This document shows positions 54,601-63,590 of a DNA stretch of 64,000 nt, in pieces. The notes under the pieces are model-generated. The model was not told the DNA's origin, did not search any database, and saw only the letters and a program-made list of their open reading frames with translations. The position numbers and the translations under genes were made by a program. Location: positions 370,689 to 434,688 of IMG/VR virus record IMGVR_UViG_3300038463_000730, one strand, 5' to 3'. The number at the start of each line of letters is the position of its first letter. Position 1 is the first letter of the stretch.

Positions 54601-54854
54601 GGCGCATCCTTGATGACTTCTTCGTGTGTCGTGCCTTCTCGTTTGCACGCCTGATCGTAGAAAGCCTGCAACGCCGCGACGATGAATCCGCTGGCCAACG
54701 AACCGTGAATGCACCAGTCCAGCACTTCGAGAATCTGTTTGGCTGTTGGTTCATCATCCCACTTCTCGATCAACGGTTTCATCTTCGCGTCAATCGAGGA
54801 GTCGGACATGTTGAGTAAACATGTAGCTAGCTCACCCATTGTATTGGTGCTCAT
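54579..54854 (-). CDS. Hypothetical protein
   Basis: ORF. Confidence 0.55.
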   Translation of the reverse strand: MSTNTMGELATCLLNMSDSSIDAKMKPLIEKWDDEPTAKQILEVLDWCIHGSLASGFIVAALQAFYDQACKREGTTHEEVIKDAPWRSILT

Positions 54855-54857
54855 TTG

Positions 54858-56366
54858 TTATTGGACCAAGTAGAGAGAGTGACGTGCCCGAGAAGCCGCG
54901 ACGTAATATACGTTCGCTTCCTCCGGATTCTTGTTTTTGTGGAAGGTCTTCGAGAGCATGAACACACGGTCCCGCTCATCTCCCTTCGCTCGGTGTGCCG
55001 TGCTGAGCATGACACGATCCTTGAAGCTGCCTGCCTGAAACATCGTGCGAATACGTTCACGCACTTGATCCAATTGGGTCAGACCTTCACAGAGAGCATC
55101 GACACAAGCCTCCTTGTCATCGACCCACTCGGTCTTCTTATCCAGTGCGACCAGTTGCTCGCGACGTTCGCGGCACCACTCACGATTCCAATCTCGGAAG
55201 CCCTCAACCGACAAGGCTCCTGATTTTGAAATGGCGTATGTATACTGCCACGAAACATCTCGGCCAAGAATATTGGCCGGGCGCCCAACAGAGTTGAGCT
55301 TCGTGCAGATGCGCATGAGAGGGGCGTTTGTTCGCGCCAGGATGTAGTCTCCAGCGCGTGTCTCCTTCAACATGTCGTCCGTTGCCATGTTGGCTACGAG
55401 CCCGTCAGGAGCACCAGGAGCAGCCTCGATGTCAGGCACGATTTCCTGAAGCAATTTAACTATGTTCCGTGCGCACCGGTACGTGACCGAAAGCGGCAGA
55501 ACATGCGCATTGGTTTGTTCGATGATACGCTGAATCGATTTGGCATCGGCGCCATTCCAACCGTACAGAGCTTGCCTATCATCGCCTACCGCGATCATGC
55601 GCCCACCTTCACGGAGCGACTTCATGATCACCGCGAACTGCGCCGGAGCAAGATCTTGTCCCTCGTCCAGCATGACGCAATCGTGTTGCGGAACGTCGAG
55701 TCCCAGCACGACCGGAAGATAAATCATGTCAGCGAAGTCGATCGACTTAGTTTGTTCCCGATTACGCTTGAGAACTTCCAAGGTAATCTGAACGAACTGT
55801 TTGCGATCCGAGCCCTTGCCAGCATCGATGTCGTACGTGTCGATCACATTCTCGATGCCTTCTTCGGTATCGAGCAGCGTAACCTTACACTTTTGTACGC
55901 ATTCAGTCAGCTGTTCGATCATCCCGGTATTCTCCGGACCAATGATTCCCTTGATGATGTTGGGAACCTTAACTCCAGGACGAATCTTCTCCTTTGGATC
56001 GATACGAACCTTCAGCGGCTTGAGAGCTTGGAAACCGATGCTGTAGCTCGTCTGAGCCTGGACCTTATCCAAGTCCGATAGACGAGCTGCGATCGTATCC
56101 TTGATGTCGGTATTGAACGCGCACACCAGGATCCCGACATTCGGAGTAACTTCGTTCACCTTGCGAACGAGCATCTCGATCGTCGTGGTCTTCCCTGTTC
56201 CGGCCCGAGCCAACACAACAACATTCTCGCGTGAGTTCTGAATGAAGTTGAGAATGTTTGCTTGTGCGGGGCTGGGTGCGGGTAGCGGCTTTTGTTCTCG
56301 CTCGACAGCTACCGGCTTCTTGTAACCCCGATAACTACCTTTCTTTGCTGATGATCTGTACGCCAT
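54858..56366 (-). CDS. UvrD/Rep-like superfamily 1 helicase
   Basis: ARAGTGKTT, DEGQD, VGDDRQ, TYRC, STAHRAKG.E, YVAASRA. Confidence 0.92.
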   Translation of the reverse strand: MAYRSSAKKGSYRGYKKPVAVEREQKPLPAPSPAQANILNFIQNSRENVVVLARAGTGKTTTIEMLVRKVNEVTPNVGILVCAFNTDIKDTIAARLSDLDKVQAQTSYSIGFQALKPLKVRIDPKEKIRPGVKVPNIIKGIIGPENTGMIEQLTECVQKCKVTLLDTEEGIENVIDTYDIDAGKGSDRKQFVQITLEVLKRNREQTKSIDFADMIYLPVVLGLDVPQHDCVMLDEGQDLAPAQFAVIMKSLREGGRMIAVGDDRQALYGWNGADAKSIQRIIEQTNAHVLPLSVTYRCARNIVKLLQEIVPDIEAAPGAPDGLVANMATDDMLKETRAGDYILARTNAPLMRICTKLNSVGRPANILGRDVSWQYTYAISKSGALSVEGFRDWNREWCRERREQLVALDKKTEWVDDKEACVDALCEGLTQLDQVRERIRTMFQAGSFKDRVMLSTAHRAKGDERDRVFMLSKTFHKNKNPEEANVYYVAASRARHSLYLVQ

Positions 56367-56376
56367 GGTATTCCTC

Positions 56377-56404
56377 ATCATAGCACTTAACGTGAAGTAG
56401 TCAA
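56377..56404 (-). promoter_or_regulatory. Sigma70-type promoter of the helicase gene
   Basis: TTGACT-16-TATGAT with extended -10 TG. Confidence 0.6.
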
Positions 56405-56419
56405 GTTATATGATTGTGT

Positions 56420-56950
56420 ATGGATTTAGAGTGTAGGATATGCGGAAAGATTGGTCCATTATTAGAATTTGAGAAGACCAATAAAACTAAGATCGGTCGT
56501 CTGAAACGATGCAAAGTATGTTGCAACGCAGCCCAGAGAAAATACCTGAAAGATAATCCTGGTCCACGCGCAAAGGCACTAGCGCTTACTGAGCAATGGC
56601 AACGTGACAACCCGGAGAAACAATTATTGATCCAAATTAGGCATCGTGCAAAACGAAATAAGATTCCGTTTTCACTTACAATAGAAGATATTGTCATCCC
56701 AACATACTGTCCGCTGCTTGGGATTGAATTACAGCGTGGAGTTGGGACAGGCGGACATTGTGATAGTTCACCGTCTCTTGACCGTATCGATCCGAAACTT
56801 GGATACGAACGTGGAAACGTATGGGTAATTAGTAATCGAGCAAACCGAATTAAAAATGATGCAACAGTGAAAGAACTCCGCATGATTGCTGATGGGTTAG
56901 AACGGCGCCAGTCGCCTAGCGACGACTACCATTTTTGTGCTCCACGGTAA
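56420..56950 (+). mobile_element. Free-standing HNH endonuclease (opposite strand)
   Basis: CRIC..CKVC; CPLLG..SPSLDRIDP..GYERGNVWVIS.RAN..KN. Confidence 0.88.
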
Positions 56951-57191
56951 TAAGTTCTTCAAGCACGTCGAAAAGAATCTCCGGATGAATCTCCGTGATT
57001 ACATCGGGCTCCCAAATGAATTCGGAATGCCCTTTTGCGGCGATACCCTCTGTGTATACGTAACTCTGCATTCTAGGCGCCAGTTTAGCACCACTGTGCG
57101 CAAAGATCAAGTCTAGACGCCTATCCCCGTGTTTCGGTTTGGATTCCGCAGTCTTCGGGAAATAGAATTTCTTTTTCGAATCAGCGTTCAT
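56916..57191 (-). CDS. Hypothetical protein
   Basis: ORF. Confidence 0.55.
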   Translation of the reverse strand: MNADSKKKFYFPKTAESKPKHGDRRLDLIFAHSGAKLAPRMQSYVYTEGIAAKGHSEFIWEPDVITEIHPEILFDVLEELITVEHKNGSRR

Positions 57192-57439
57192 TGGCTCGTA
57201 TTTGTGTGGATGCTCAGAACGTTGTACGCAAGACCAACGTGCAAAACCTGCACGAATTTCTTGTGCCTGTCCAAATTCCCGAGGATTGGATCCAGTCGAG
57301 GGCTATGGTACGCATTCGTCAGCGCACGCCAAATCTTTTCATCTGCGATCAACTTCTTCGCAAATGATTCGAGTCTGCCCTGATCTTGATCTGTTTCCCC
57401 TAGGCTTTTGTAGGCCGCGATGAAATCCACTTCTAGCAT
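57188..57439 (-). CDS. Hypothetical protein
   Basis: ORF. Confidence 0.55.
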   Translation of the reverse strand: MLEVDFIAAYKSLGETDQDQGRLESFAKKLIADEKIWRALTNAYHSPRLDPILGNLDRHKKFVQVLHVGLAYNVLSIHTNTSQ

Positions 57440-57442
57440 AAC

Positions 57443-57958
57443 TCACCCCGTTGTGTCTTCACTCGTAGCGGTTGGGCTGGCCCGTCCGGCTGCCTCTTCC
57501 CAGTACTGATAGGTCGTCTCCCCGATTTCCTCCGGAAAACAACTGAATAGAAAAGCGATCTGAAACCAAAGGAACTCCATTTCCAAATCCAATCCAACCG
57601 TGCGCATAAACGTAAGGATTCGCGTGATGCGCAAATAGTTGTGATTTCCTTGTTCGACCCACGTTGGCTTCTCTGGATTTCCGATGACCGATAGCCTGAG
57701 AAATATCATGGCTCGTTTGAATGCTGCCTTGATATTTCCGAGAGCCGTTTGATCGAGCTTGATTGCTTCGATCGTTTCTTCGTCGAGAAGCGGAGCACCG
57801 GCATTGAATTGACTTGGCTGCGACGAAGGGAAGAGCCATTGAATAAAATTGTGAGTTCGTTCCCAGCGTTCGTCGTCCCACTGGATCATCTGGCCAAGTA
57901 AACGCCCGTTTGTATCGGTGCCGTTTCCGTGGAGGAATTCCAAAAGCTTCGTGTTCAC
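57443..57958 (-). CDS. Opioid growth factor receptor (OGFr)-like conserved domain protein
   Basis: ERTHNFIQWLFP, HNYLRITRIL, YW. Confidence 0.8.
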   Translation of the reverse strand: MNTKLLEFLHGNGTDTNGRLLGQMIQWDDERWERTHNFIQWLFPSSQPSQFNAGAPLLDEETIEAIKLDQTALGNIKAAFKRAMIFLRLSVIGNPEKPTWVEQGNHNYLRITRILTFMRTVGLDLEMEFLWFQIAFLFSCFPEEIGETTYQYWEEAAGRASPTATSEDTTG

Positions 57959-58470
57959 GGTGCCTCCGCAATGTTTCCGATTGTGATGGAGTAATCTTTT
58001 TTTCCATCATCCAACAATACTCGATATGAATCAGGGTATCTAGGACAAGGCCCAACGATTACGCCTGGTTCGTTCTTAGCGTAACACAAGACGCGCGTTC
58101 CAGGAACCAATTGAAGAAGTAGTGTACGCTTGCGGTAGTCATCCCACGCTGCACGCACCTGTGTGTGCGTGAGCTTATCTTCCAGCTCGAAGCAACATCC
58201 CTTCTCGTTGTTTGCCAACATGCGCCAACGTAGAGACGTACCGAGCGAAGTCTCACGACTCTCCCATACCCAGAAACGAAACTCTCCATTGAAATAGGTA
58301 TAGTCTTGCTGACCTAGTCTAGCCTTGTGCCATTGAACCGGCTTCTCCTTGTGAGCTGCGCTCATCATAGCACGCAGCTCTTCGTGAAGAGCCTTCTGCT
58401 CGGCAGCAGTACAGTCGTAGAAGTATTGCTCGACCCCAACGCTATCCCAATCGGTGATTCGTTTTTTCAT
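57955..58470 (-). CDS. Hypothetical protein
   Basis: ORF. Confidence 0.6.
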   Translation of the reverse strand: MKKRITDWDSVGVEQYFYDCTAAEQKALHEELRAMMSAAHKEKPVQWHKARLGQQDYTYFNGEFRFWVWESRETSLGTSLRWRMLANNEKGCCFELEDKLTHTQVRAAWDDYRKRTLLLQLVPGTRVLCYAKNEPGVIVGPCPRYPDSYRVLLDDGKKDYSITIGNIAEAP

Positions 58471-58476
58471 GGTGGC

Positions 58477-58929
58477 TCACAGATAGTAGTAGTGAACGCC
58501 CCACTTCACATCCACGTTGTCGTAGACCTTGGCGAGCTTGATTATCTCAGTCTGGTAGCGTCGAGCGAACCAACCCATCTCTTCCGCGATATTGACACCG
58601 GTAAGATCCTGAGGCTCGTCCAAGTCAACACCGAACTCGCGTGGGCCTTGTTCATTCGGGATGAGAAAGAATGTATCGTTTGGACTGTTCGTGACCGGAG
58701 ACAGTTCGTCATCCGTGAGGACTTCGTGGTAATTGATACACGCCGGTTGCTTCTCGGCGAACGGTTTGATCTTGCTTCCGCATGTGGCGCAGAACTTGAT
58801 CGTCGTATCATCGATAGGCTTTCGATGCTTCTTACATTTCGCGTTCGAGCACCGGTTCACCTTGACGTCTTCCGTCTGTTTGCGTTGCGTACAGGTAAGG
58901 TACGGACCGACGTATACGTTCTCGCTCAT
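58477..58929 (-). CDS. Zinc-ribbon hypothetical protein
   Basis: CSNAKC..FCATCG. Confidence 0.65.
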   Translation of the reverse strand: MSENVYVGPYLTCTQRKQTEDVKVNRCSNAKCKKHRKPIDDTTIKFCATCGSKIKPFAEKQPACINYHEVLTDDELSPVTNSPNDTFFLIPNEQGPREFGVDLDEPQDLTGVNIAEEMGWFARRYQTEIIKLAKVYDNVDVKWGVHYYYL

Positions 58930-58932
58930 GAC

Positions 58933-59241
58933 CTACTCCTTGTAACCGCGCCCTAGATCGCCTTCACAACACCAAGTCGGATCCTCGTCTACGAGAAGAT
59001 GAAACACGGTATACCGTGCCGGTATTGTTGGATGCATTCTGGGGCCTGGTTGATGACACCATATCTCCAACAGTACTTTGCCTTTTGGTCGTATCTTGCT
59101 GACCTCAACATAGAAAAGTTCTTCCTTTTTACTATGCTTTTTGATCTGTTTCAAGAGCGGCGCAGGCAAATGAATCAGACGTAGCCACACACCCTTGCGA
59201 AGGTGACGACGCTTCGGCGTACCGTAGTCGAACCACGACAT
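58933..59241 (-). CDS. Hypothetical protein
   Basis: ORF. Confidence 0.55.
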   Translation of the reverse strand: MSWFDYGTPKRRHLRKGVWLRLIHLPAPLLKQIKKHSKKEELFYVEVSKIRPKGKVLLEIWCHQPGPRMHPTIPARYTVFHLLVDEDPTWCCEGDLGRGYKE

Positions 59242-59243
59242 AG

Positions 59244-59735
59244 TTAGACCCTTCGTTGTTCGTCGAACTTGGCTAGATCACTTGGCATCATCTCAAGATC
59301 CCCAACGAGGATCTTCCAGATATCGTCGCCAAAATCTTTCTTCGCCTGAGCGATAGCGGCATCGGGGAATGAGCCACCACCAATCAATGCTCGCCACTCA
59401 TCGTAAGAGAGACTATCGAGCTTGATCGCGTTGCCCGATCGTTCGACTTTGCTTTGGTTAGTTCCAAAGCCATATGAAGCAACTTGTCCATTCATATCTT
59501 TGATATACTCTTGGACAAGCGCGAATGCTGCTTCGAGCATTTGGTTCGACATCGAGCCGGAGAAATCGACGAAGAAGACTACGATGCGATCCGCCAGAGT
59601 ATGCCTAGCAATTCGCTCAACGCGGTCCACGAGTTGTTCGAGTGATGTGGCTGGGTTCTTCATCTGATCGCTGCAAAGGCTCTGAATCTTCCTCAGCGCC
59701 CACCGGAAATCTCCCGCTTGCTTTACGAAAACCAA
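59244..59735 (-). CDS. VWA-like domain protein
   Basis: MIDAS-like VDFSGSM, GGGS, ILVGD. Confidence 0.7.
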   Translation of the reverse strand: MVFVKQAGDFRWALRKIQSLCSDQMKNPATSLEQLVDRVERIARHTLADRIVVFFVDFSGSMSNQMLEAAFALVQEYIKDMNGQVASYGFGTNQSKVERSGNAIKLDSLSYDEWRALIGGGSFPDAAIAQAKKDFGDDIWKILVGDLEMMPSDLAKFDEQRRV

Positions 59736-59931
59736 TGGCCCAAGATATTCTTTCGTTCACCGTATTGAATCGAAATGTGTTCCCGTTGAACACCAGGATC
59801 ATTCGGCGACCAAGCATCGTGTTGATCAACCAAACGCACATGCGTTCGTAGTTATCCTTCGATGCTGCTACGGTGTATACTTGGATACTTGAATGCTCCA
59901 GCACTTCGAAGCTGGATACAATTTCAAACAC
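59617..59931 (-). CDS. Hypothetical protein (paralog of 17216..17452)
   Basis: FNTVNERISWAIGF. Confidence 0.5.
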   Translation of the reverse strand: MFEIVSSFEVLEHSSIQVYTVAASKDNYERMCVWLINTMLGRRMILVFNGNTFRFNTVNERISWAIGFRKASGRFPVGAEEDSEPLQRSDEEPSHITRTTRGPR

Positions 59932-60328
59932 GTTTGGGCCTGAGCGCTGCCCGGCGAGCTTGTTCCTTAAAGAATCCCATCTTGTGTTCGCGCCATCTAT
60001 CCATCGCGACGCGGTGGGCTGCTGCGGCGAATACCTCCGGCTCCGGGTTGTTTATACTATCTACGGTGGGAGAATTTTTGAATAGCGTGAAAAGATGATC
60101 GAGACAGAACTCGCACAATGAAAACGTGTAGCTGGTGCAATCATCCAACGCACCACAACCATTTCCAGGCGTGGAATCGTATCCTCCCATTACTCGTATC
60201 GTATGTTTGAGTAACCCGCCTTCACCAATCTCATTGTGCAACGGTACAGACGGATCCGGTCCTTCGCCAAGAACACATGGTTCCCCGCACCAGTTGCACA
60301 ACGTAGGATTGGCGATAGCCTCAGTCAT
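59924..60328 (-). CDS. Hypothetical Zn-binding protein
   Basis: CNWCG..CEFC. Confidence 0.6.
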   Translation of the reverse strand: MTEAIANPTLCNWCGEPCVLGEGPDPSVPLHNEIGEGGLLKHTIRVMGGYDSTPGNGCGALDDCTSYTFSLCEFCLDHLFTLFKNSPTVDSINNPEPEVFAAAAHRVAMDRWREHKMGFFKEQARRAALRPKRV

Positions 60329-60334
60329 CGATAT

Positions 60335-61384
60335 TTATTCCTCCGGAAGCTTATGGGCACGGAGAAGAATGGGCGAATCTTCCGGACCCTTCCAGTATGG
60401 AGAGATCCATAGCGTTTTGGTCTTCGAATATTTCGGGCCATGATGAACACGTTTGAAATGTCCGGCGACCAAACTCTGAACTGAAAGCTGGCCTGAACGA
60501 CTACCCTCACGCACGAATTTACGCACGTGGTCGCGAAAATCCAACTCGATCGATTTACCAAGTTGGAACGAACGAACGTGTGGAGTCGTGTCGCGTTTCT
60601 TTTCGCGACGGGAACTCTCGTAACGTTTGTGTCCGGGACCGAACTTCTCCACCTGGTCCGGATCATTCATCGCCAAACACATGTTGATGATGAGCCTTCC
60701 AATGAGCGAAGCTACTCGCCCATCTTGCTCTGTCAGCTCCATTGAATGGTTCAGAAGCGGATTGCCTTCGAGATCAGGTGGAAGCAGTTCTTCCGTCGTT
60801 ACTCCAAACCGCCAGATAGAAAGCGACGTATCGGTCATTCCGAAATACGCCCAATACTTTCCATCCGAAGTCTGAGGACGCGACTTATCCCGATTCGTGA
60901 TCTCGGTCACGAGCAGACGTGTGATCGGAATTTGTTCATTGGTTTCTGGCGCGGAGATATCGAGGAGCCCACTCGGAACTTCAACTACGAATGCAGGCCA
61001 CGGGCGATGAATGTGCGGGAAGATATCCGCAGAAACATTCGTAGCCAACAGCGCAGCCGCGAACTTGTGACCCATCGTGATCTGAGGGTATCCGCAGTCA
61101 GCCCACCTTGAAAAGGCAACAAGACAGATCTGTCCATCGGGAGTCTCCCGAAAGACATTGTGGTAAACAGCCCACCTAAGAATCTCTTCTTCTTCAGGTG
61201 TGCTCATGCCGCCACGACGCTCATTGTTTCGAATAGCAATGGCGCGAAGAGCAGAGAAAGAACGTTGAGCAGAATCAAGTAGCTCGTGTGTTTGTTCTGG
61301 AATTGCCTGTTGTCCACCTAATGTTATGGCTTGCCACAACTGTTCAGCGAACCGAATCATGTCATCCTTGCTCAACGTTCCCAT
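60335..61384 (-). CDS. Hypothetical protein (paralog of 53145..54263)
   Basis: VAGHFKRVHHGP..WISPYWKG. Confidence 0.7.
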   Translation of the reverse strand: MGTLSKDDMIRFAEQLWQAITLGGQQAIPEQTHELLDSAQRSFSALRAIAIRNNERRGGMSTPEEEEILRWAVYHNVFRETPDGQICLVAFSRWADCGYPQITMGHKFAAALLATNVSADIFPHIHRPWPAFVVEVPSGLLDISAPETNEQIPITRLLVTEITNRDKSRPQTSDGKYWAYFGMTDTSLSIWRFGVTTEELLPPDLEGNPLLNHSMELTEQDGRVASLIGRLIINMCLAMNDPDQVEKFGPGHKRYESSRREKKRDTTPHVRSFQLGKSIELDFRDHVRKFVREGSRSGQLSVQSLVAGHFKRVHHGPKYSKTKTLWISPYWKGPEDSPILLRAHKLPEE

Positions 61385-61400
61385 AGATCACCTCTCGGAA

Positions 61401-61661
61401 TCATTCCGCGTTCGCTGTCGTCTCCTTGGCTTTCTTCCCGCGGATTTGCCCGCCGATGCGCCCGATCGCGGCCATGTGATCGCGGTTCTGGCTGACCGCC
61501 GCTCCGCCCTTCTGCCCGGCCGAGCGCGCTTCGGCTGTGGAGAAAGTGTGAGCCGTGCCCTTCTCGTGCGCCGCACGCCCGCCCTTGCTCGCAATCTCGC
61601 GCTGCTTTGACGGGTCCATTGAAGCGAACCCTCGGTGACTCTTCGGCTTTTCGCTGTCCAT
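61401..61661 (-). CDS. KGG-motif general stress protein (second copy)
   Basis: RGFASMDP..IASKGG..AHTFSTAEARSAGQKGG. Confidence 0.88.
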   Translation of the reverse strand: MDSEKPKSHRGFASMDPSKQREIASKGGRAAHEKGTAHTFSTAEARSAGQKGGAAVSQNRDHMAAIGRIGGQIRGKKAKETTANAE

Positions 61662-61700
61662 TTTGCCTCTTCTTTTCGTTGAACGAAACTGCGCTGAGGG

Positions 61701-61728
61701 ACTTTATCGTTTCCACAAGTAAAGTCAA
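61701..61728 (-). promoter_or_regulatory. Sigma70-type promoter
   Basis: TTGACT-16-TAAAGT. Confidence 0.5.
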
Positions 61729-61765
61729 AACTTTTCGACGGAGATTCGGTAATGCTTTAAACGAG

Positions 61766-61795
61766 AAAAGCCCGGTGGATATTAATCCACCGGGC
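61766..61795 (-). terminator. Intrinsic terminator
   Basis: GCCCGGTGGAT-TAAT-ATCCACCGGGC followed by TTTT. Confidence 0.85.
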
Positions 61796-61830
61796 CAATC
61801 TCACCGCCTACTTCCTAGCCGAAGGCCGGA

Positions 61831-62304
61831 TCAGGAAGCCGCGGGTGCCTCCGGAGCGGTCGTGGTCGTGGGGATGCGGGTGCGCAGCTCCTCGGCCTTC
61901 TTGTTCGCCGCCGCCGCCTGGGCCTCGAACCGAGCGAGCTTCTTCACGAGCCGCGCCGCCTGCTCCGGATCGATCGCCTTCGCCGGAGGAGCGCCGCGGT
62001 ACACGCCACCCTGGCGACCCGTGGCGATCGTCACGCCGGGGCGCGACTTCAGGTAGAGCGAGACGAAGGGATAGACCTTGTCCTGCTTGAGACCCGTCAT
62101 TCCCGCCACGGCGCTCGTGAGAGAGTCCATCGAGACCTTCTCTCCGTCCTTCAGCCCACCGAGCACGGTCTCGCACGTCGTCGAAGCCGCCGTGACCACC
62201 GCGAGAACCGCCGCGCTGGCGATGTCCTGCGGGAGCGGCGAGTTCTGCTCCGTCGTCGAGTTGCTGTTCTTCGTGGCCTTGGTGCTGTTCTTCTTGGTGC
62301 TCAT
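61831..62304 (-). CDS. GC-rich, probably highly expressed basic protein (nucleoid-associated-like)
   Basis: K/A-rich ends, KVYPFV..PGVTIATGRQGG; strong GC3 bias; own terminator. Confidence 0.65.
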   Translation of the reverse strand: MSTKKNSTKATKNSNSTTEQNSPLPQDIASAAVLAVVTAASTTCETVLGGLKDGEKVSMDSLTSAVAGMTGLKQDKVYPFVSLYLKSRPGVTIATGRQGGVYRGAPPAKAIDPEQAARLVKKLARFEAQAAAANKKAEELRTRIPTTTTAPEAPAAS

Positions 62305-62665
62305 GTTCGTATCTCCCCAATTGTCCTTACAAGTTCGAATCTTCAACCATTGAAGCTCCGGACCTGAATTCTAATTGTTCTTTCGTTACTTTGAACTACG
62401 TTTCCGTGACTGGTTGAGTCTCTGTTGGTTGATCCTTGGAAGACTGAGACTCTTTGGTCTTCCGTGGTTTTTTCTGAGCACGCTTGCGCGTACCCGGAAG
62501 TTCTCCGAGATCCTGAGCGCCAGCTCGAAACTCGCTTGCTTGCAAGCCGAGGTCTTGAAGTTCCATCCTCAAGAGGTGGCGAAGTAGGATCTGCATCTCG
62601 TTGCCCTCAGTGGTGAGTAGTATGCGAGCTATGTTTGGCTTGTCAAGCCAGACCAACCACTTTTG

Positions 62666-62809
62666 TTAGCGTTGGTAGATAAGCTTGCGTTTTCGCTTCT
62701 TTGGAGCGCCGCCATGTTGCCTGAGCAGATGGCGACGCAACATCTTCATGTCCGTGTAGACCTTGCCAAAACTAGGACAATTGCGTGTCTCGGGATTACT
62801 CGTCTCCAT
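62666..62809 (-). CDS. Small degenerate C2H2 zinc-finger-like protein
   Basis: CPSFGKVY..LRRHLLRQH plus basic tail. Confidence 0.45.
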   Translation of the reverse strand: METSNPETRNCPSFGKVYTDMKMLRRHLLRQHGGAPKKRKRKLIYQR

Positions 62810-63590
62810 CGCTTCTATGTAGAGACTCGTACTCTCGCCGGGCCTGAACCTGGACGACATCCATCTGAGGATAGAATAGAGCCGAGAGTCTTCCGCCGAA
62901 GCAACATCCCGTATCGATGCCGTAGCATTTGACGCCGGACTTGTTCGTGTCCACACGTACATCCGTAAGAGAATGCACGCAGTGACCGTAGACAATGTTC
63001 TCCGGACCCGGCCATAGCTCAGACCAGTAAGTCGAGTTAGGAGGTTGTTTCTTGTTCGGAAGCAATGCTAACGGCTTACCAGTCGTGTTGTCTACCCAGC
63101 GGCACCGAATAACCTGCTTCGGATCCTGGTGACCTAGCTTCTTGTTCGGTTCCAGTCCTCCGTGAATGGCGTACCAGTTCTGATCGAAGTCGATCATGAT
63201 CGGAAGACGATCCAACCAATCCACTTCTGCATCAGTAAGACTCATCCATTCTTTGAGACGAGAACTACCTTTCTGTTCAGCACGTTCGGCGTTTGCACGC
63301 ATTGGGTTGGTTTTGCCGGTAGCCAGGAACGCTCGCTCGTGTCTACGGAAACGCACGGCTTTGTCGTCGTGATTTCCTTTGATCGGCATCAGCTCCATCG
63401 CCATGATTTGTTCGACGACTTTCTTTGGCTCCGGCCCTCGATCGATCAAATCTCCAACCGGAATCAAAGCCATCGTGTTGACATCATACTTGATCTTTTC
63501 AAGTAGCTCGTTGAATTCCTCGATACATCCGTGGATGTCTCCAACCAAAACGATTTGCCGATTCGGTTTCCATTGTGTACGATCGATCAT
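62796..63590 (-). CDS. Metallophosphoesterase, ApaH/PrpE-like
   Basis: GDIHG, GDLIDRG, GNHD, HGG, YGH, GIDTGCCFGGRLSA. Confidence 0.9.
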   Translation of the reverse strand: MIDRTQWKPNRQIVLVGDIHGCIEEFNELLEKIKYDVNTMALIPVGDLIDRGPEPKKVVEQIMAMELMPIKGNHDDKAVRFRRHERAFLATGKTNPMRANAERAEQKGSSRLKEWMSLTDAEVDWLDRLPIMIDFDQNWYAIHGGLEPNKKLGHQDPKQVIRCRWVDNTTGKPLALLPNKKQPPNSTYWSELWPGPENIVYGHCVHSLTDVRVDTNKSGVKCYGIDTGCCFGGRLSALFYPQMDVVQVQARREYESLHRSDGDE

